This document shows, one piece after another, positions 10,339 through 19,624 of a DNA stretch of 64,000 nucleotides. The notes below the pieces were generated by a model that worked only from the letters and a program-made list of their open reading frames with translations, did no database searches and was not told where the DNA came from. Position 1 is the first letter of the stretch. Every line of letters begins with the position of its first letter. The stretch comes from Candidatus Shapirobacteria bacterium (GTDB taxonomy: Bacteria; Patescibacteriota; Microgenomatia; UBA12405): the NCBI GenBank assembly GCA_041674845.1, contig JBAYUY010000001.1:33962-97961 (forward strand), read 5' to 3'. The position numbers and the translations under genes were made by a program.

Positions 10339-10935
10339 TTATAATTCTTTTGTTACTTGTAAAAAGTCGACTTCGACAGGAGTTTCACGTTCAAAAAAGG
10401 AAACTAGGCAACGAAGCTTGCCTTTGGCCTGATCGATTGAGTCAATTGTGCCAATAAAGTCGGCAAAAGGTCCACTGGTGATTTTCACAACGTCACCAAT
10501 GCCAAATGGAGCTTGATATTTTGGCTTGTCTTCTTCAACTGTTTTAATAATGTTGTCAACTTCAGCTTGGGAAATAGGGGTAGGTTTGGCACCGATACCA
10601 ACAAATCCAGTGACACCGGTAGTAGTACGAACGGTAACCCATGAATCATCGGTGACGATCATTTGGATAAAAACGTAACCAGGTAGGGTTTTTTCCATGG
10701 TTTTGATTTTGGCACCACGACGAATGACCATTTTACTTTGAATTGGGACAATGGCTTGAAAAATATAGTCTTGTAAACCCATAGTTTTGATACGGATTTT
10801 GAGAGCTTCGATAACTTTGTATTCGTGACCAGAGTAGGTATTGATAACGTACCAAGCAGCATCGATGGGAGGAGTGGTGGGTGATAAAGAGAAAATAAAC
10901 TCTTTATTATTGGTTTTGGTCGAATTGTTTGGCAT
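10339..10935 (-). CDS. nusG: transcription termination/antitermination factor NusG
   Basis: WYVINTYSGHE NGN start; KOW motif GDVVKITSGPFADFIG; secE-nusG-rplK-rplA order. Confidence 0.9.
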   Translation of the reverse strand: MPNNSTKTNNKEFIFSLSPTTPPIDAAWYVINTYSGHEYKVIEALKIRIKTMGLQDYIFQAIVPIQSKMVIRRGAKIKTMEKTLPGYVFIQMIVTDDSWVTVRTTTGVTGFVGIGAKPTPISQAEVDNIIKTVEEDKPKYQAPFGIGDVVKITSGPFADFIGTIDSIDQAKGKLRCLVSFFERETPVEVDFLQVTKEL

Positions 10936-10944
10936 ATTCAGGGA

Positions 10945-10981
10945 AATTTTTAATTTAAAATTTTTAATTTTTAATCAATTT
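10945..10981 (+). repeat. AT-rich intergenic repeat, copy 2 (core)
   Basis: AATTTTTAATTTAAAATTTTTAATTTTTAATCAATTT between the secE stop and the nusG start; identical to the core at 46363-46399. Confidence 0.85.
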
Positions 10982-11005
10982 ATAATTTTTAATTTTTAAA
11001 ATATT

Positions 11006-11278
11006 TTACTTTTTCTTAATTATTGTTGGAACAGCTGTTATTGCTGGTGTTGGAGCTTCAGTTGGTAATATATTTGTATTTGTTTGAGGTACTGGTTTGG
11101 TACCAATATAATTTAAACCGGTTGTAAAAATATAGTCAAATCCGCCTAAAATGAGGGAGATTATGACTGAGATTGATATTACCACAATTGTCAGCTGAAT
11201 TAAAGTATCCTTTTTGGGCCAAGTGATGTTTTTAAATTCAGCCCTGACTTCACGAAAAAAACTCATGACTTTGTTCAT
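11006..11278 (-). CDS. secE: preprotein translocase subunit SecE
   Basis: Start trimmed to the internal Met (MNKVMSFFREVRAEFKNITWP...); single TM; position upstream of nusG. Confidence 0.75.
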   Translation of the reverse strand: MNKVMSFFREVRAEFKNITWPKKDTLIQLTIVVISISVIISLILGGFDYIFTTGLNYIGTKPVPQTNTNILPTEAPTPAITAVPTIIKKK

Positions 11279-11435
11279 GAAGATATTATACCTGATAATT
11301 TTTCTTTTATAATTATTAGTTTTAAAGTTATTGAACATAAAAATTGTTCATGTAGCTTGAGGGATATTGATATATTTTTGCCCTATTAAATGATAGTTGA
11401 CTAACACTGGGGGTGGTATGTATGATGATGAACAT

Positions 11436-11451
11436 ACGCTATACATAGCGT
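11436..11451 (+). promoter_or_regulatory. candidate NrdR box
   Basis: 16-bp palindrome ACGCTATACATAGCGT 27 nt upstream of the nrdR ATG; matches about 13/16 positions of the recalled consensus acaCwAtATaTwGtgt. Confidence 0.5.
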
Positions 11452-11477
11452 TTTTATTAATTATTAAAAATTACCGT

Positions 11478-11930
11478 ATGTTATGTCCTTATTGTAATTT
11501 TGATGAAAGCAATGTGCTTGAGTCAAGAGAAGCCATGGATGGCAAAGCGACTCGTAGGCGTAGGGAGTGTTTGAAATGTAATAAGCGATTTACGACATAT
11601 GAAAAGGTTTCAAATATTGAACTGAAGGTAATAAAAAAAGATGGTCGAGTAGAAGATTATTCGAGGGAGAAATTACAAAAATGTTTTGAGAGAGCTTTGT
11701 GGCGAGTTGATGATGAAAAAAGATCAAAGATGATTGACGAAATTGAAATGAAATTGTTAAATTGGGAATCGGTAGAAATACCGAGTAAAGAGATTGGAGA
11801 AATTGTAATGGAAGTTTTGAAAAATACTGATCCGGTGGCGTACATAAGATTTGCCACTATATATAGAAATATTAAAAGTGTTGATGAATTTGAATTATTA
11901 ATTAAGGATTACAAAAAAAATGATGAATAA
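11478..11930 (+). CDS. nrdR: transcriptional repressor NrdR
   Basis: Start trimmed to MLCPYCNFDES...; zinc ribbon CPYC...CLKC followed by an ATP-cone. Confidence 0.9.
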   Translation: MLCPYCNFDESNVLESREAMDGKATRRRRECLKCNKRFTTYEKVSNIELKVIKKDGRVEDYSREKLQKCFERALWRVDDEKRSKMIDEIEMKLLNWESVEIPSKEIGEIVMEVLKNTDPVAYIRFATIYRNIKSVDEFELLIKDYKKNDE

Positions 11931-14367
11931 TCTAATGGAACCGGTATTATCAGAAAATGCCAAATATATTACTGAGAGTAGGTATGGAATAAAAGGACCG
12001 GATGGGAAATTAACAGAGTCGGTAAAAGATATTTTTTGGAGAGTGGCTATAAATATTGGTTTGCAAAATGAGGAAAAAGCCAAGATTTTTTATGAAATGA
12101 TGGCTGAACAAAAATTTTTGCCAAATACACCTTGTTTGGTTAATGCAGGCAAAAAAATGCAACAATTATCAGCTTGTTTTGTCCTCCCCGTCGATGATTC
12201 GATGGAATCGATTTTGACGACGATGAAAGATATGGCGATGATTCACAAAAGTGGTGGTGGAACAGGTTTTTCGTTTTCGCGTTTGCGACCAAGTGGGGAT
12301 TATATTGCGTCGTCTGGAGGAACTACAGTTGGTCCAGTGAGTTTTATGCAAGCATATAACGATGTGACAGGTCAAATAAAACAAGGAGGGGTACGGCGGG
12401 GAGCTAATATGGGAATGTTGTCAGTCGAACATCCTGATGTATTGCGGTTTGCGGTAGTAAAGCTTGATGAATATTCTTTGACAAATTTTAATATTTCTTT
12501 GGCCATAACAAATAAGTTTATGGACAAAATAGAATCGGACAAAAAATTTGTAAGTGATGATTCGATTCCTGAAGAAACGGTAGAAAAAATTCGAAAGGCT
12601 GAAGGAAATCGAGATGTTGATGCAAAATTGAAGGAAGTTGAAACTGAAGTTTTGAAATTGTATGAATGGGCAAAAGCTACGAATGATGGTGAAGGCTATG
12701 AATTGATTAATCCAAAAAATGGATTGGCAACAATGAAGTTAAATGCATATAAAGTATTTAATTTGGTCACTCGTCTGGCATGGCAATTTGGTGATCCTGG
12801 ATTGGTATTCATCGACCGAATGAATGATAGTAATAGTAATCCAGTACCAAAATTAGGCAGAATAGAGGCAACAAACCCTTGTGGTGAACAACCACTTTTG
12901 CCTTATGATGCGTGTAATTTGGGAAGTATAAATTTATCGCGATTTGTCCTTCGGCAAGCTCAGGATAAATTTGATTTAAATTGGGCTGATTTGGGAAGAG
13001 TGGTTCATGAGGCGATAGAATTTTTGGATAACGTGGTCGAAGTTAACCAATTTCCAGTACAACAAATTAGGGATATGGTGTCCAAAACTCGTCGTATTGG
13101 GTTGGGAGTGATGGGTTTTGCCGATATGTTGTTTAAATTAGGTATTCGATATAATTCCCCCGAAGGAATATTGTGGGCGGAAAAGGTAATGAAATTTATT
13201 AATGATGAATCAAAAAAAGCAACCGTTGATTTGGCCATGACTCGGGGAGTATTTCCAGCTTGGGAAGATAGTGTATTTGTAGGTACTGCTTATCGACCTC
13301 GTAATATGGCATTGACTACGATTGCGCCTACAGGAACCATATCAATGGTGGCCGATACCTCATCGGGGGTTGAACCAATTTTTTCCCTGGGATATCAAAA
13401 AAATACTGTTGAAGGAAAAACATTATATATAATGAATCCTGTTTTTGTGGAAGAATTAAAAAAGAGAAATATATATAGTGAGGAGTTGTTGGATAAAGTA
13501 GTTAAAAATGGAGGAAAACTAAATGGAATTGTTCAGATACCTGAAGATATAAAAAATATTTTTATAACGGCATTAGAAATTGATCCTGAATGGCATATTA
13601 AGATTCAGGCTGCTTTTCAAAAATATACTGATAATGCGGTATCAAAAACAATAAATTTTCCAAAAGAGGCATTGGTGGATGATGTAAGAAAGGCATATTT
13701 GCTGGCATATAGTTTAGGTACAAAGGGAATTACTATTTATCGATCGGGGAGTCGGGAAAAAGAAGTAATACAAACAGTTAAGGTTGAAGAAAAAATTAAT
13801 AGTAATTTAATAATTGAGCAAAAAAGTAAAAAGAGGACACCAGAAGCGGCTCGAGGGGTGAGATTGCGCAAAACTTGTGATGCAGGTAAAGTCTTTACCT
13901 CGGTCTTTTTTGAAGAAGGGGACGGACCAGTCGAAGTGTTTGTTAATTTGGGTAAATCGGGAGGTTACATGGCTGGATCGGCCGAGGTTACCGGTCGATT
14001 GGCGTCATTGGCACTAAAATATGGAGCAAATTTAGAAGAAGTGGCTGATGAATTGGTAGGAATATCTTGCGGCCAAAAGATCGGATTTGGAAATAGCATG
14101 ACATTGAGTATGTTTGATGCTGTTGGTAAAGCATTATTGGAAATTTCTAAAGGAGAACAATTAGAAATGTTTGAGGATGAAAAAGAAAAAATAGATTTGC
14201 CAAAAAATGATGAAATTAAAATTGATATTTTACAAGCAGTGCGGACCAAACATGCTGACACAGAAAGTAAATTTAGTTCGTGTCCCGATTGTGGTTCGCC
14301 TCTGTATGCGGAAGAGGGGTGTTTTAAATGTAGTAATAGTTACTGCGGGTATAGCAAGTGTTCATGA
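11920..14367 (+). CDS. nrdJ: adenosylcobalamin-dependent ribonucleotide reductase (class II)
   Basis: 815 aa; NPCGEQPLLPYDACNLGSINL active-site region; C-terminal CPDCG...CFKC zinc finger; 11-nt overlap with nrdR. Confidence 0.9.
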   Translation: MMNNLMEPVLSENAKYITESRYGIKGPDGKLTESVKDIFWRVAINIGLQNEEKAKIFYEMMAEQKFLPNTPCLVNAGKKMQQLSACFVLPVDDSMESILTTMKDMAMIHKSGGGTGFSFSRLRPSGDYIASSGGTTVGPVSFMQAYNDVTGQIKQGGVRRGANMGMLSVEHPDVLRFAVVKLDEYSLTNFNISLAITNKFMDKIESDKKFVSDDSIPEETVEKIRKAEGNRDVDAKLKEVETEVLKLYEWAKATNDGEGYELINPKNGLATMKLNAYKVFNLVTRLAWQFGDPGLVFIDRMNDSNSNPVPKLGRIEATNPCGEQPLLPYDACNLGSINLSRFVLRQAQDKFDLNWADLGRVVHEAIEFLDNVVEVNQFPVQQIRDMVSKTRRIGLGVMGFADMLFKLGIRYNSPEGILWAEKVMKFINDESKKATVDLAMTRGVFPAWEDSVFVGTAYRPRNMALTTIAPTGTISMVADTSSGVEPIFSLGYQKNTVEGKTLYIMNPVFVEELKKRNIYSEELLDKVVKNGGKLNGIVQIPEDIKNIFITALEIDPEWHIKIQAAFQKYTDNAVSKTINFPKEALVDDVRKAYLLAYSLGTKGITIYRSGSREKEVIQTVKVEEKINSNLIIEQKSKKRTPEAARGVRLRKTCDAGKVFTSVFFEEGDGPVEVFVNLGKSGGYMAGSAEVTGRLASLALKYGANLEEVADELVGISCGQKIGFGNSMTLSMFDAVGKALLEISKGEQLEMFEDEKEKIDLPKNDEIKIDILQAVRTKHADTESKFSSCPDCGSPLYAEEGCFKCSNSYCGYSKCS

Positions 14368-14804
14368 GTATAACCACAAAAACCGGCGACAATGGATATT
14401 CATCAGTCGCCGGTAAAAGATTAAAGAAAAATGATAAAATTTTTGAAGCAATTGGGACATTAGATGAACTCCAATCGATAATTGAGGATGAGGAAATACA
14501 AAAAGATTTATATGAGATTATGGGAAATATTGCATGTGAAACTAGTAACAAGAAACTGGTAACTAGAATAAAAATTTTAGAAGAAGAAATTGAAAAAATT
14601 GAAAAAAAATTAAAACCTTTAACAAAGTTTTTGATTTTTAAAAAAGAGAAGGCGAGGAAATTTAATTGGATTAGAACCGTAACTAGACGCGCAGAAAGGA
14701 GAGTAGTTTTTTTGAAAAATGAGAACATTTTAATTTATTTAAATAGATTGTCAGATTATTTTTATTTGAAGGCACGTGAAGCAGAGAATAACAACCAAAA
14801 ATAA
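14364..14804 (+). CDS. PduO-type ATP:cob(I)alamin adenosyltransferase (short)
   Basis: TKTGDNGYSS...AIGTLDELQS and YLNRLSDYFY motifs; ATG overlaps the nrdJ TGA (ATGA). Confidence 0.8.
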   Translation: MSITTKTGDNGYSSVAGKRLKKNDKIFEAIGTLDELQSIIEDEEIQKDLYEIMGNIACETSNKKLVTRIKILEEEIEKIEKKLKPLTKFLIFKKEKARKFNWIRTVTRRAERRVVFLKNENILIYLNRLSDYFYLKAREAENNNQK

Positions 14805-15246
14805 CTGAGGTGAAGATTAAGTCGCCTGCGAGGGTATTTTTGAAAAAAGGAATGGCTGCGATATAACAGTTGATTAATCCGGTAGTGGTGTGTGGGTATA
14901 AACCGGCAGACATCCAAACTCCGAAATTGGTGATGATATAAAATAATACCGAAGAGAAAATCGAGGTTTTGATTGTGTTTAGAGCGGTATTTTTATTTTT
15001 CAAAATTAATCCCAATATTGCAATGAGGGTAAAACTGCCATAAACATAGGGCATGGTCGAATGAAAACCAAGGAAATAGTCAGAAATAATCATGATAGAA
15101 AAAGGGAGGATTAGGGAATATTTGAAGGGTAAATAGACAGCACTAAATAATATGATGGCACTAATGGGGGAGAAGTTTGGTGGATGAGGGAAAAAACGAA
15201 GTAAAGATACAGATAAAATTATTAAAATTGGGTAAAGTTTTTTCAT
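14683..15246 (-). CDS. polytopic membrane protein, DUF6580-like putative vitamin transporter
   Basis: FFPHPPNFSPISA motif plus about 5 TM helices; last ~40 codons overlap the convergent adenosyltransferase gene and may be read-through. Confidence 0.5.
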   Translation of the reverse strand: MKKLYPILIILSVSLLRFFPHPPNFSPISAIILFSAVYLPFKYSLILPFSIMIISDYFLGFHSTMPYVYGSFTLIAILGLILKNKNTALNTIKTSIFSSVLFYIITNFGVWMSAGLYPHTTTGLINCYIAAIPFFKNTLAGDLIFTSVIFGCYSLLHVPSNKNNLTIYLNKLKCSHFSKKLLSFLRV

Positions 15247-15248
15247 AT

Positions 15249-15650
15249 TTATTTTAGGGCTTCAAAGCTCCAAACTATTTTATCATTGGATTTTAATATA
15301 TATTTATCGGCGGCAATTGTAGCGGATTGGTCGTTGACAGAATAAACCCAATATTTGCTATCAGTGCCACTTTTGACACCATTGATGCTGTTAATCATCA
15401 TGCCAAAATCGTATTGCTTGGACTCAATGTTTTTGATTGTTTTAGTTAAAACGTCAAAAACTGTTTCGTTGCTAGTTGTCTGTTGTGTAAAAGTTTCAGT
15501 TTTGTCGGTGGAATATTTTATCGTTTCTGTTATGTTGAAAGTTGAAGGAGTAGTGGGGATGATTTGTTTTGGTTTAGAAAAGTACTGATAACCGAGGGCA
15601 GAAATTAATATAAAAAATATAAATAGTATTATTTTTTTTACTGGAGACAT
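15249..15650 (-). CDS. secreted DUF4430-like (transcobalamin-like) binding protein
   Basis: Signal anchor, then INSINGVKSGTDSKYWVYSVNDQSATIAADKYILKSNDKIVWSFE, the typical DUF4430 C-terminal pattern. Confidence 0.65.
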   Translation of the reverse strand: MSPVKKIILFIFFILISALGYQYFSKPKQIIPTTPSTFNITETIKYSTDKTETFTQQTTSNETVFDVLTKTIKNIESKQYDFGMMINSINGVKSGTDSKYWVYSVNDQSATIAADKYILKSNDKIVWSFEALK

Positions 15651-15681
15651 ATGTTTATTTTACAGGATTTTTTGGCTTAGA

Positions 15682-16908
15682 GTGAGGTATAATTGGATGT
15701 ATAAATATATGATGGAAGTAATCTTGAGACCACCAGAAAATGTTATCGTGAATGATTTACGTGTTATTGGTGAAAGAATTGGTAAGACTGTCAATAAAAT
15801 TGTTGAAAATTTTTCAAAACCAGCAATAGTCGATGAACAGGCAGTGTTACTACATCAACAAAATGAACAATTGATTGAAGGTGTTCATTCATATCTTGCA
15901 CCACATCATGAAGTGTTAAGTAACGCCATTGATTTGGCTCGTAAGCCTGACGATTTTGATTCAATATTAGCTGTAGAAAAAGTAATTGAAGTAACTCATG
16001 GTTTGACTGAGACAATGGGTTTAAAAAATGTTGAACCAGTTGAAGAACTAAATTTAGCGGCTGCAATTATTGATGTTATGGAAGTAGTGAGTGGTAATAA
16101 GGAGTGGGTACCACGTTTAGCTGGTAATATGGCTAAGTGTTTTGGACAAGAAGTTGATGTTACGGGATATCTTACAAAACTCAGTGAACAAAAAATTGAT
16201 GAAGATACAAAAATGAGTATGGTTGATGAGTTAATAACTCAGTGGGCTATGACAAAAGCCATGATTGGTGGAGGAAGTCAGGGGAGGGGTGACTATAAAT
16301 TTGGAATACAAAAAGTTGGATCTGGTGGAGGTGGGAACAAAAGCGGACCAGATATTGATCCAAAAGTAGTGTTGATGACAACTGCGTCGATGTTTGCGGT
16401 AATGGGTGCACATGAATTATTGCATGCCCTACCATACTGGATATCACATATGGCATTAGTGGGTGAATTTAACTTTTATGGATTAGCTGCTTCGTATACA
16501 CCCCCGGCAAATTCGGGAATATTGGAAAATTGGTTTGGAGGTGCTTTACCATACTTGGTTTTAGGGTTACCCAGTATGTTGAAGTCAAATAAAATAGATT
16601 TGAAGAAAATATTTAATAGTGGTGGTTTATTTCAAATGTTAAATACGACCGTGGAGCAGATTTATGGAGGTGGTTTTGGACAAGCAATGGCAACTGCAAC
16701 TACGGTGACACATATTTTTGGTGGAATACCAGACTTGATAAACGGAGCTATGCAAGGGAATATATTAATGGCAGCTGCTTGGGGAATTATGACCGCTGGT
16801 GCTTTGGGTGTCGAATTTCCAAAAATTGGTGGTGGGGGTAGTAAAAAGAAAGATAATTCTCGACATACATTGCCACCAAAGTATATTCGTTCACCACCTA
16901 GAAGATAA
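15682..16908 (+). CDS. hypothetical Gly-rich membrane protein containing an HExxH motif
   Basis: 408-aa ORF (true start uncertain; ATG at 15697 possible); soluble N-terminal half; GGGSQGRG/GSGGGGNK linkers; TM segments; GAHELLHAL. Confidence 0.5.
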   Translation: MRYNWMYKYMMEVILRPPENVIVNDLRVIGERIGKTVNKIVENFSKPAIVDEQAVLLHQQNEQLIEGVHSYLAPHHEVLSNAIDLARKPDDFDSILAVEKVIEVTHGLTETMGLKNVEPVEELNLAAAIIDVMEVVSGNKEWVPRLAGNMAKCFGQEVDVTGYLTKLSEQKIDEDTKMSMVDELITQWAMTKAMIGGGSQGRGDYKFGIQKVGSGGGGNKSGPDIDPKVVLMTTASMFAVMGAHELLHALPYWISHMALVGEFNFYGLAASYTPPANSGILENWFGGALPYLVLGLPSMLKSNKIDLKKIFNSGGLFQMLNTTVEQIYGGGFGQAMATATTVTHIFGGIPDLINGAMQGNILMAAAWGIMTAGALGVEFPKIGGGGSKKKDNSRHTLPPKYIRSPPRR

Positions 16909-16912
16909 AATA

Positions 16913-16972
16913 TTTTTTTTTCGTCAATTTTTCAATTGTATTTAACACCTCGGTGGGGAGGGCGAAGATGAT
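16913..16972 (-). pseudogene. degenerate duplicate of the 3' end of the SPFH gene (direct repeat A)
   Basis: About 56-60 nt at roughly 90% identity to 18187-18246 (TCGTCA..AATTGTATTTAA..TCGGTGGGGAGGGCGAAGATGA). Confidence 0.8.
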
Positions 16973-17027
16973 GAGTTATTGTGAGTTGTTAGTTGACAAA
17001 GATGGGTGGTGTATGTAAGATACAGAT

Positions 17028-18185
17028 ATGATATACAAGAGAGAAATATGTACTAGGTTAGAAAAAGAAATTGAAACAAAAGAAATATTAATAATAACGG
17101 GAATGAGGCGGGTGGGAAAAACGACTGTTTTGCAATATCTGTTTGATAAAATTGAATCGAAAAATAAGGTGATGTTGGATTTGGAAAACCCGATGCACCG
17201 AAAATTGTTTGAAGAAGAAAATTATGATTTGGTGTGGAATAATTTGGCTCAATATGGAGTAGAGAATAAAACGAAATCGTACGTATTGATTGATGAAGTA
17301 CAAAATTTACCTGAAATTAGTAGAGTTATAAAGTATTTGTATGACCATTGGAATGTGAAATTTGTATTAACTGGATCGAGTAGTTATTATTTGCGTAATT
17401 TATTTCCCGAATCATTGTCGGGAAGAAAAGTAATTTTTGAAATGTTTCCTTTGGACTTTGAAGAGTTTTTAAAGTTTAAAGATGTAAATAGAAAAACTGG
17501 AGATAAAAACAAAATAAGGTACCAAAAGCTAATTGGATTTTATGACGAATATATGGAATATGGAGGATTTCCTGGAGTAGTTTTGGAACAAAACAGAGAA
17601 CGAAAGAAATTATTGTTGCAGGATATTTTTACTTCATATTTTGAGAAGGATGCAAAGAATTTAGCTGATTTTAAAGACATGTCGAGGTTAAGGGATTTGA
17701 TAATACTTTTGGTGTCTCGTATTGGGTCTCAGCTTGATATACAAAAACTTGCTTTAAGTTTGGCTGTTTCACGAGAGACTGTTTACAATTATTTATCATT
17801 TTTAGAACAGACATATTTTATAAGTTTGTTACCCAGATTTTCTGGTAGTCCTGATCGACAGGCAGCTGGAAGTAAAAAAATATTTTTTTGTGATTCAGGG
17901 GTGGCTAATGTTATTGGGAAACTATCTGAGGGACAGCTGTTTGAACAAAGTGTGTATCAAAACTTAAGAGGTAAAAACGAGTTGGCATTTTATAATAAAA
18001 CTGGAGGAGGGGAAATTGATTTTATTGTTAATAGTAAAAGTGCGGTCGAAGTTAAAATGACTGCCTCACGACAGGATGTGTCAAATCTCAGAAAAAGATG
18101 TGAAAGTTTAAAAATAAAAAATATTTCAATTGTTACTCATGAATACTCGGACTTAGAAGAAACAAAACCATCGGTTGATTTGTGA
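17028..18185 (+). CDS. AAA-family ATPase, COG1373 / DUF4143-type
   Basis: Walker A GMRRVGKTT; Walker B VLIDEVQ; C-terminal region resembling DUF4143. Confidence 0.75.
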   Translation: MIYKREICTRLEKEIETKEILIITGMRRVGKTTVLQYLFDKIESKNKVMLDLENPMHRKLFEEENYDLVWNNLAQYGVENKTKSYVLIDEVQNLPEISRVIKYLYDHWNVKFVLTGSSSYYLRNLFPESLSGRKVIFEMFPLDFEEFLKFKDVNRKTGDKNKIRYQKLIGFYDEYMEYGGFPGVVLEQNRERKKLLLQDIFTSYFEKDAKNLADFKDMSRLRDLIILLVSRIGSQLDIQKLALSLAVSRETVYNYLSFLEQTYFISLLPRFSGSPDRQAAGSKKIFFCDSGVANVIGKLSEGQLFEQSVYQNLRGKNELAFYNKTGGGEIDFIVNSKSAVEVKMTASRQDVSNLRKRCESLKIKNISIVTHEYSDLEETKPSVDL

Positions 18186-18186
18186 T

Positions 18187-18927
18187 TTATTTTTTCGTCA
18201 GCTTTTGAATTGTATTTAAAACTTCGGTGGGGAGGGCGAAGATGACGGTATTGTTGGGACCGTTGGTGGCATTTTCGATAGTTTGAAGAGTGCGAAGGGA
18301 AATGGCTCCAGATTCGGCTAAACTTTTCATAGCTTTGTTTAAGTTCTCGGAAGCGGTTAACTCACCTTGGGCGCGAATAATGGTGGCACGACGTTCACGT
18401 TCGGCCTCGGCTTGTTTGGCCATGACTCGTTTCATATTGTCGGGAACGGCAATATCTTGGAGACGGATACCGGTAACATCGACACCCCATTCAATAGTTT
18501 CGGCATCGACAATAGCTTTGATTTCGTCACTAATTTTTTGACGATCAGTTAATAGTTGATCAAGTTCAACACCTCCGATGACGTCGCGTAGAGCAGTTTG
18601 AGCATATTGGGATACTGCGTAACCAAAATCTTTAACTTTTAAAATTGCATCTTCGGCCTTGGTGACTTGAAAATAGACTACGGCATTAATTGAAACGGCA
18701 ACATTGTCTCGAGTTATTATTTCTTGTTTGGGAATGTCGATAGTATTAATACGAATGTCAACTTTGATTACTCGTTGAACAAGAGGGAATACTAATTTTA
18801 ATCCTGGACTAAGGGTATATGAATATGTACCTAAAGTTAGGACTATTCCTCGTTCATATTGGTTGACAATAACAATTGATTTGAAAAGTAGAATTAAGCC
18901 GATGATGATTAAGTAAGGTGTAAACAT
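18187..18927 (-). CDS. SPFH / band-7 (stomatin-prohibitin) family protein
   Basis: N-terminal TM; SPFH core; coiled region AKQAEAERERRATIIRAQGE. Confidence 0.85.
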   Translation of the reverse strand: MFTPYLIIIGLILLFKSIVIVNQYERGIVLTLGTYSYTLSPGLKLVFPLVQRVIKVDIRINTIDIPKQEIITRDNVAVSINAVVYFQVTKAEDAILKVKDFGYAVSQYAQTALRDVIGGVELDQLLTDRQKISDEIKAIVDAETIEWGVDVTGIRLQDIAVPDNMKRVMAKQAEAERERRATIIRAQGELTASENLNKAMKSLAESGAISLRTLQTIENATNGPNNTVIFALPTEVLNTIQKLTKK

Positions 18928-18955
18928 AATTTGATTATACTACAATATATAGATA

Positions 18956-18984
18956 TTGATTTTTTGTAAAAAATATTACATAAT
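18956..18984 (+). promoter_or_regulatory. candidate sigma70-type promoter of the higBA-like operon
   Basis: TTGATT - 17 nt - CATAAT; the -10 ends 5 nt before the ATG at 18990, implying a leaderless or near-leaderless mRNA. Confidence 0.3.
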
Positions 18985-18989
18985 TTTTT

Positions 18990-19304
18990 ATGGATTATGA
19001 ATTATTTGTTTTAGATAAAAGAGAATTTGAAAAATTTTTGGGTAAGTTGGATAAAGAGTCTCAAATAAGGATTTCTCGAGATATTAGTTTTTTGAAGGAA
19101 TATGGATCAATGTTAAAAATGCCTTTTGCTAAGAAAATCCATAATAAATTGTATGAATTAAGAACCTCAGGAAAACAAAAGATTAGGTTGATTTATACGA
19201 TAAATGGATTACAAATATATTTGATTCATTGGTTTGTTAAAAAAACAAAAAAGTTACCAATTCAGGATTTAAAAACAGCGTTAAAGCGCTTGACATTAAT
19301 ATAG
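18990..19304 (+). CDS. RelE/HigB (Gp49-like) toxin
   Basis: 104 aa; KLYELRTSGKQKIRLIYT pattern; followed by an XRE antitoxin. Confidence 0.65.
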   Translation: MDYELFVLDKREFEKFLGKLDKESQIRISRDISFLKEYGSMLKMPFAKKIHNKLYELRTSGKQKIRLIYTINGLQIYLIHWFVKKTKKLPIQDLKTALKRLTLI

Positions 19305-19325
19305 CGTTGGTGCTATATTTATTTT

Positions 19326-19616
19326 ATGGATAACTGGGAAGATATAAAAAAAGAACTGTTAAAAGACCCTGAAGTGAAAAAAGGGTATGATGATTTGGAA
19401 GTGGAGTATCAAATATTGAGCAGTCTGATTGATATCAGAAATAAGAAAAAAATGACTCAAAAACGGTTGGCATTTAAAATGGGGACAACACAATCAGCTT
19501 TGTCTCGATTTGAAATGGGTGGAACAAACCCAAGTTTGAATTTTTTAAAAAAGATAGCGGCAGCCTTGGATACCAAGTTAAGTGTAAAATTTGTTGGATT
19601 AGAAAAAACGGTGTAA
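19326..19616 (+). CDS. XRE-family HTH antitoxin (HigA-like)
   Basis: MTQKRLAFKMGTTQSALSRFE HTH_3 pattern. Confidence 0.7.
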   Translation: MDNWEDIKKELLKDPEVKKGYDDLEVEYQILSSLIDIRNKKKMTQKRLAFKMGTTQSALSRFEMGGTNPSLNFLKKIAAALDTKLSVKFVGLEKTV

Positions 19617-19624
19617 TATTGTTT

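Noticed and set aside
11405-11420. Second NrdR box (ACACTGGGGGTGGTAT)
   Set aside because: Matches only the ACAC edge of the consensus and is not palindromic.
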